DNA from: a virus
Taxonomy: Duplodnaviria > Caudoviricetes
Virus record (IMG/VR): IMGVR_UViG_3300048819_000088
Span: 1 to 47,194 of that record
Length of the DNA stretch: 47,194 nt
Reading direction: 5' to 3' (one strand)
Positions 44,129 through 47,194 of this stretch are shown one piece after another; position 1 is the first letter of the stretch, and each line of letters opens with the position of its first letter. A program made the translations under genes and the position numbers. The notes beneath the pieces were generated by a model that did no database searches, was not told the origin of the DNA, and saw only the letters and a program-made list of their open reading frames with translations.

Positions 44129-46482
44129 GTCAATCACCAATATATAGTGAGGCAAGGCGTCTTTGGCGCCTTGGGGCGGCGGTGCATTGGCTTCATAAAC
44201 GGCAAAAGAGGCCGATTGAAAGCGGTTGGGGCTCAGGCCCTCGTAAAGACTGGGACTACTTAAAGCAAACATATATAGAGGGCTTAAATGTCGGAATCAG
44301 GCTTGGAACTCCTTCGAAAATTAAAGGCGCATTTCTCGCAGTCGTCGACGTTGATGTCAAATCTCAAGATAAGCGACATCGTATCGAAGCCCTCACCGCA
44401 GCGAAATCCCTTCTCGGAAAATCTCACGGTCTATGCCCCGTTGTCACGTCAGGTAGAGGGAACGGAAGTCGTCACTATTATTGCCTCACCGCCGAACCTT
44501 TCAAAACCTGGAATCCTGCGCAGTCTACAGAAAAAGTTAAAGTGTTTATGCCGTCGAAAAAGCCGTCAAAGGCTGAGCTGTCGCAGCTAACTGAAAAAGA
44601 GATTGGTGAAGGTATTCGCATCGGCCCCGCTTGGGAAATAAGTCTTTACTCGGAAGGCCGGCAAGTTGTAATACCGCCAAGCATTCATCCGGACAGCGGT
44701 AAACCATATATGTGGATAAAGCCGTGGATAAGTGTGGACAACCTGACCTTGGTCGAGTTTCCGACACCCACGGCTGCGCCGAGCGAAGCAACTCCCGGTC
44801 GGCTATTTTTGCCGCCCTTGAATGATGACTTCAAGGCTGTTCCGGTTGAGCTTTGGCAAGTGCCTATAAGCGATCAAGTCTTTCAGGCCATTTTACATGG
44901 TAAAGACGTCACTGACCGCTCGGGCTATTTGCTTGTTGCAGCGAGCGCCTTACATTCCGCGGGCTTAAACAAACTTGAAATATTAAGTGTTTTAACTGAC
45001 CGAGACACATTTTTAGGAGCTTGTGCGTATGACCATGCGAAGACGCTATCGCGTGCCAAGGCTGCGGCATGGCTCGAACGATACACGATCACTAAAGTCC
45101 TTAAGGAAAGAGATGCAGCGCTCGCTTTCAAATCAGCGCCGAAGGCGGAATCGGGAGTTAAGACGCTTGAAGGGGCCGAGCTTGATGAGCAAAATAAAGA
45201 GTTGGCTGAGGGCCACAATTGGCGAAAAGAGCTAAGCCGGTGCGGTAAGGACGGTGAAGGCCCGCCAAGATCGACAATCGAAAATGTCGTCTTGATACTA
45301 TCGAACACGGTCGCAAAAGACTTAGTCAAGCGGAATGAATTCGCATGGCGGGATAGCTATATTTGTGACACGCCGTGGGGGTCGAAGGCCGATGCAATCA
45401 TCCAAGACGACGACATGCCTCGAATCGCCTACTGGCTTGGCCACCGGTGGCGCTTTGAGCCGCCTAGGCGCGTGATTGAAGACGCACTCGTGGTGCTCGC
45501 CTGCAAGAACTCGTTTGACCCCGTTAGGGACTGGTTAGACGGTTTGGCCAAATGGGACGGTCAGCAACGGCTTAATACGTGGTTACGAGACCATTTCGAA
45601 GCGCAGGGCGACCCCGTTTATCTCGCACAAGTGTTTGCAAAATGGCTAACGGCTATGGTGCGGCGCGTGTACGAGCCGGGTAGTAAGTTCGACTGGATGC
45701 CGATTTTTGAGGGCTCGCAGGGCGTTGGCAAGAGCTCATTCGGGCGCGTCTTAGTTGGTGATAAGTTCTTTCTCGATTGGCTTCCAAATCTCGCTGACAA
45801 AGATTCCATGCAAAGCCTTCAAGGCAATTGGGCGGTCGAGATGGGGGAGTTGTCGCAGTTCCGCAAGAACGAACTCGAGGCAATCAAGGCCTTCATTACC
45901 CGCACTGTCGACAAGTTCCGCCCGCCTTACGGGCGCAGACTTCAAGATAGTCCAAGGCGCTGCGTGTTCTTTGGGACAACCAACCGCAAAACCTATTTGA
46001 TTGACGATACCGGCAATAGACGATTCAAGCCTGTCGAAGTTGGAAGGCTCGATTTCGAAACGTTACGGGCCGAGCGTGATCAATTGTTTGCGGAAGCAAT
46101 TCACCTTTACCGGACAAAATATAACACCGATTTGGCGTTCGAGTTGACCGGCCAGGCGAAGGTTTATGAGGCAATCATCCACCAAGAAAAAATGGTCGAA
46201 GACGAGTCTGATTTAATGGTCGAATTAATGCGGCATTTTATCGAAAAAGAGCATGAAAAAGAGGGGCCAAAATTCAGCTTCGCAAAGTTCCAAATTTCGC
46301 AGATTTTGGGCGTGACACCTGTTTTCGCAAGCTATCCCCGAAACATCCGAAATGCCATGTTCTTGGCAAAAGCGCTGAAAAAGCTCGGTGGCGTGAAATG
46401 GAAGTCAAATGGCGTCTGTTGGTGGAACTTGCAGTTAAGGGACACTTTTTGCGAAAAGGTGGCACTCGATGATTTCTATTAA
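44125..46482 (+). CDS. primase-helicase: Prim-Pol domain plus VirE/VapE-type helicase
   Basis: NVGIRLG, VVDVD, HYY, PPSIHPD; GSQGVGKS, EMGEL, FRPPYGR, GTTN, TGNRRF. Confidence 0.93.
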   Translation: MSQSPIYSEARRLWRLGAAVHWLHKRQKRPIESGWGSGPRKDWDYLKQTYIEGLNVGIRLGTPSKIKGAFLAVVDVDVKSQDKRHRIEALTAAKSLLGKSHGLCPVVTSGRGNGSRHYYCLTAEPFKTWNPAQSTEKVKVFMPSKKPSKAELSQLTEKEIGEGIRIGPAWEISLYSEGRQVVIPPSIHPDSGKPYMWIKPWISVDNLTLVEFPTPTAAPSEATPGRLFLPPLNDDFKAVPVELWQVPISDQVFQAILHGKDVTDRSGYLLVAASALHSAGLNKLEILSVLTDRDTFLGACAYDHAKTLSRAKAAAWLERYTITKVLKERDAALAFKSAPKAESGVKTLEGAELDEQNKELAEGHNWRKELSRCGKDGEGPPRSTIENVVLILSNTVAKDLVKRNEFAWRDSYICDTPWGSKADAIIQDDDMPRIAYWLGHRWRFEPPRRVIEDALVVLACKNSFDPVRDWLDGLAKWDGQQRLNTWLRDHFEAQGDPVYLAQVFAKWLTAMVRRVYEPGSKFDWMPIFEGSQGVGKSSFGRVLVGDKFFLDWLPNLADKDSMQSLQGNWAVEMGELSQFRKNELEAIKAFITRTVDKFRPPYGRRLQDSPRRCVFFGTTNRKTYLIDDTGNRRFKPVEVGRLDFETLRAERDQLFAEAIHLYRTKYNTDLAFELTGQAKVYEAIIHQEKMVEDESDLMVELMRHFIEKEHEKEGPKFSFAKFQISQILGVTPVFASYPRNIRNAMFLAKALKKLGGVKWKSNGVCWWNLQLRDTFCEKVALDDFY

Positions 46483-46505
46483 CAATCACCAACTTAGGTC
46501 ATATT

Positions 46506-46643
46506 CAGAGACAGTGACACCTATTAACTATAAAGCTATTTTGGTCATTTTATATATGGTATTAAGCGCCGCCTCTGCGAGGGCGTATACGCACGTTTGC
46601 GCGCGCGTAAGAGTTTGGCATATGTGGGTCACTGGTATCTCTG
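46506..46643. other. putative replication origin downstream of the primase
   Basis: Non-coding AT-rich tract and GCGCGCGCG run bracketed by imperfect inverted repeat CAGAGA(-)CAGTGAC / GTCACTG(GTA)TCTCTG. Confidence 0.45.
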
Positions 46644-46678
46644 GGCAAAAACGGGCTTTTTAAAAAGGAGTAAAAACG

Positions 46679-46870
46679 ATGAAAAGTGATGAGCAAACCG
46701 TGATTGAAATGGCGACCAAAATTTATGCCGCAGTTTTGGTGCAAGGACTGTACAAATACGACAACGAAAAGGGGGCGACTGAAAAGGTCTTCAAGCACTT
46801 GAGGCTTTGGTCAATTTCTCAAGCCCGAAAACTTAAAGCTGAGGTTCGCAATGGCGAAACGGAAGGTTAA
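46679..46870 (+). CDS. hypothetical protein
   Basis: AAGGAG RBS and ATG. Confidence 0.7.
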   Translation: MKSDEQTVIEMATKIYAAVLVQGLYKYDNEKGATEKVFKHLRLWSISQARKLKAEVRNGETEG

Positions 46871-47194
46871 ACGGGCCAAAATCAAGTCCGCGAAAATTGA
46901 CGGTTGGAACCGCAAAGACGTTGCTCGATTGAGGTCAGCGATTCGGTCCTGTTGGCGGTACTCGGAACCGCATCGATTGGTGGTTAAGCGATGCTTGCTC
47001 CCAAACGGCTTTAGCCGGTGCGAGGGCTGCAAGAAACGGGTCGCCCGCATTTACGTCGACCATATTGCAGTTATGGGGCCTATCTTTGGTGAGCGTTACC
47101 TTGAGCGTATGGGCTGCGCCTCAACTCAGCTACAAGGCTTATGCGTAAAATGTCACGGCGTTAAAACGAAGGAAGAGCGCAAGGCCGCTAAAGC
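46851..47194 (+). CDS. HNH endonuclease, 5' part (ends at 314 across the junction)
   Basis: GAGG RBS, ATG 46851, MAKRKVK...RLRSAIRSCWRY continues in frame into the repeat. Confidence 0.8.
   Translation, partial: MAKRKVKRAKIKSAKIDGWNRKDVARLRSAIRSCWRYSEPHRLVVKRCLLPNGFSRCEGCKKRVARIYVDHIAVMGPIFGERYLERMGCASTQLQGLCVKCHGVKTKEERKAAK
46936..47194. repeat. Terminal direct repeat, right copy
   Basis: Matches 1-259 with 3 mismatches. Confidence 0.97.

Overview
The window is an essentially complete tailed-phage genome (unit length about 46,935 bp, with a 259-bp near-identical overlap at both ends). It is a myovirus of a Gram-negative host, with a DUF1073-type portal, DUF2213-type prohead protease, DUF2184-type capsid, DUF3383-type sheath and J-type baseplate. 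The + strand carries small early genes, a ParB-MTase, terminase, head, tail and lysis genes (378-34644). The - strand carries an APSE-like replication module: family A polymerase, SSB, Cas4-like exonuclease, SNF2 helicase, plus tRNA-Asn and an HNH gene. A Cro-like gene and a Prim-Pol/VirE primase-helicase follow on +. I saw no integrase. The best candidate for an undescribed system is virion glycosylation and decoration. Two paralogous heptosyltransferase-like (GT9-like) enzymes sit inside the packaging and tail modules, one coupled to an FkbM methyltransferase. Ser/Thr-rich Ig/FN3-like domains are grafted onto five core virion proteins. Other signals are a tandem pair of Acb2/Tad1-like anti-defence proteins, a recurring hydrophobic-x-Asn|Ala/Ser motif that may release a portal-fused cargo domain, and a shared acidic-aromatic C-terminal tag on DNA-acting proteins. 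There is also a three-site operator motif and an MTase remnant in frame after the polymerase stop. All family names come from motif recognition by eye, not from database searches.
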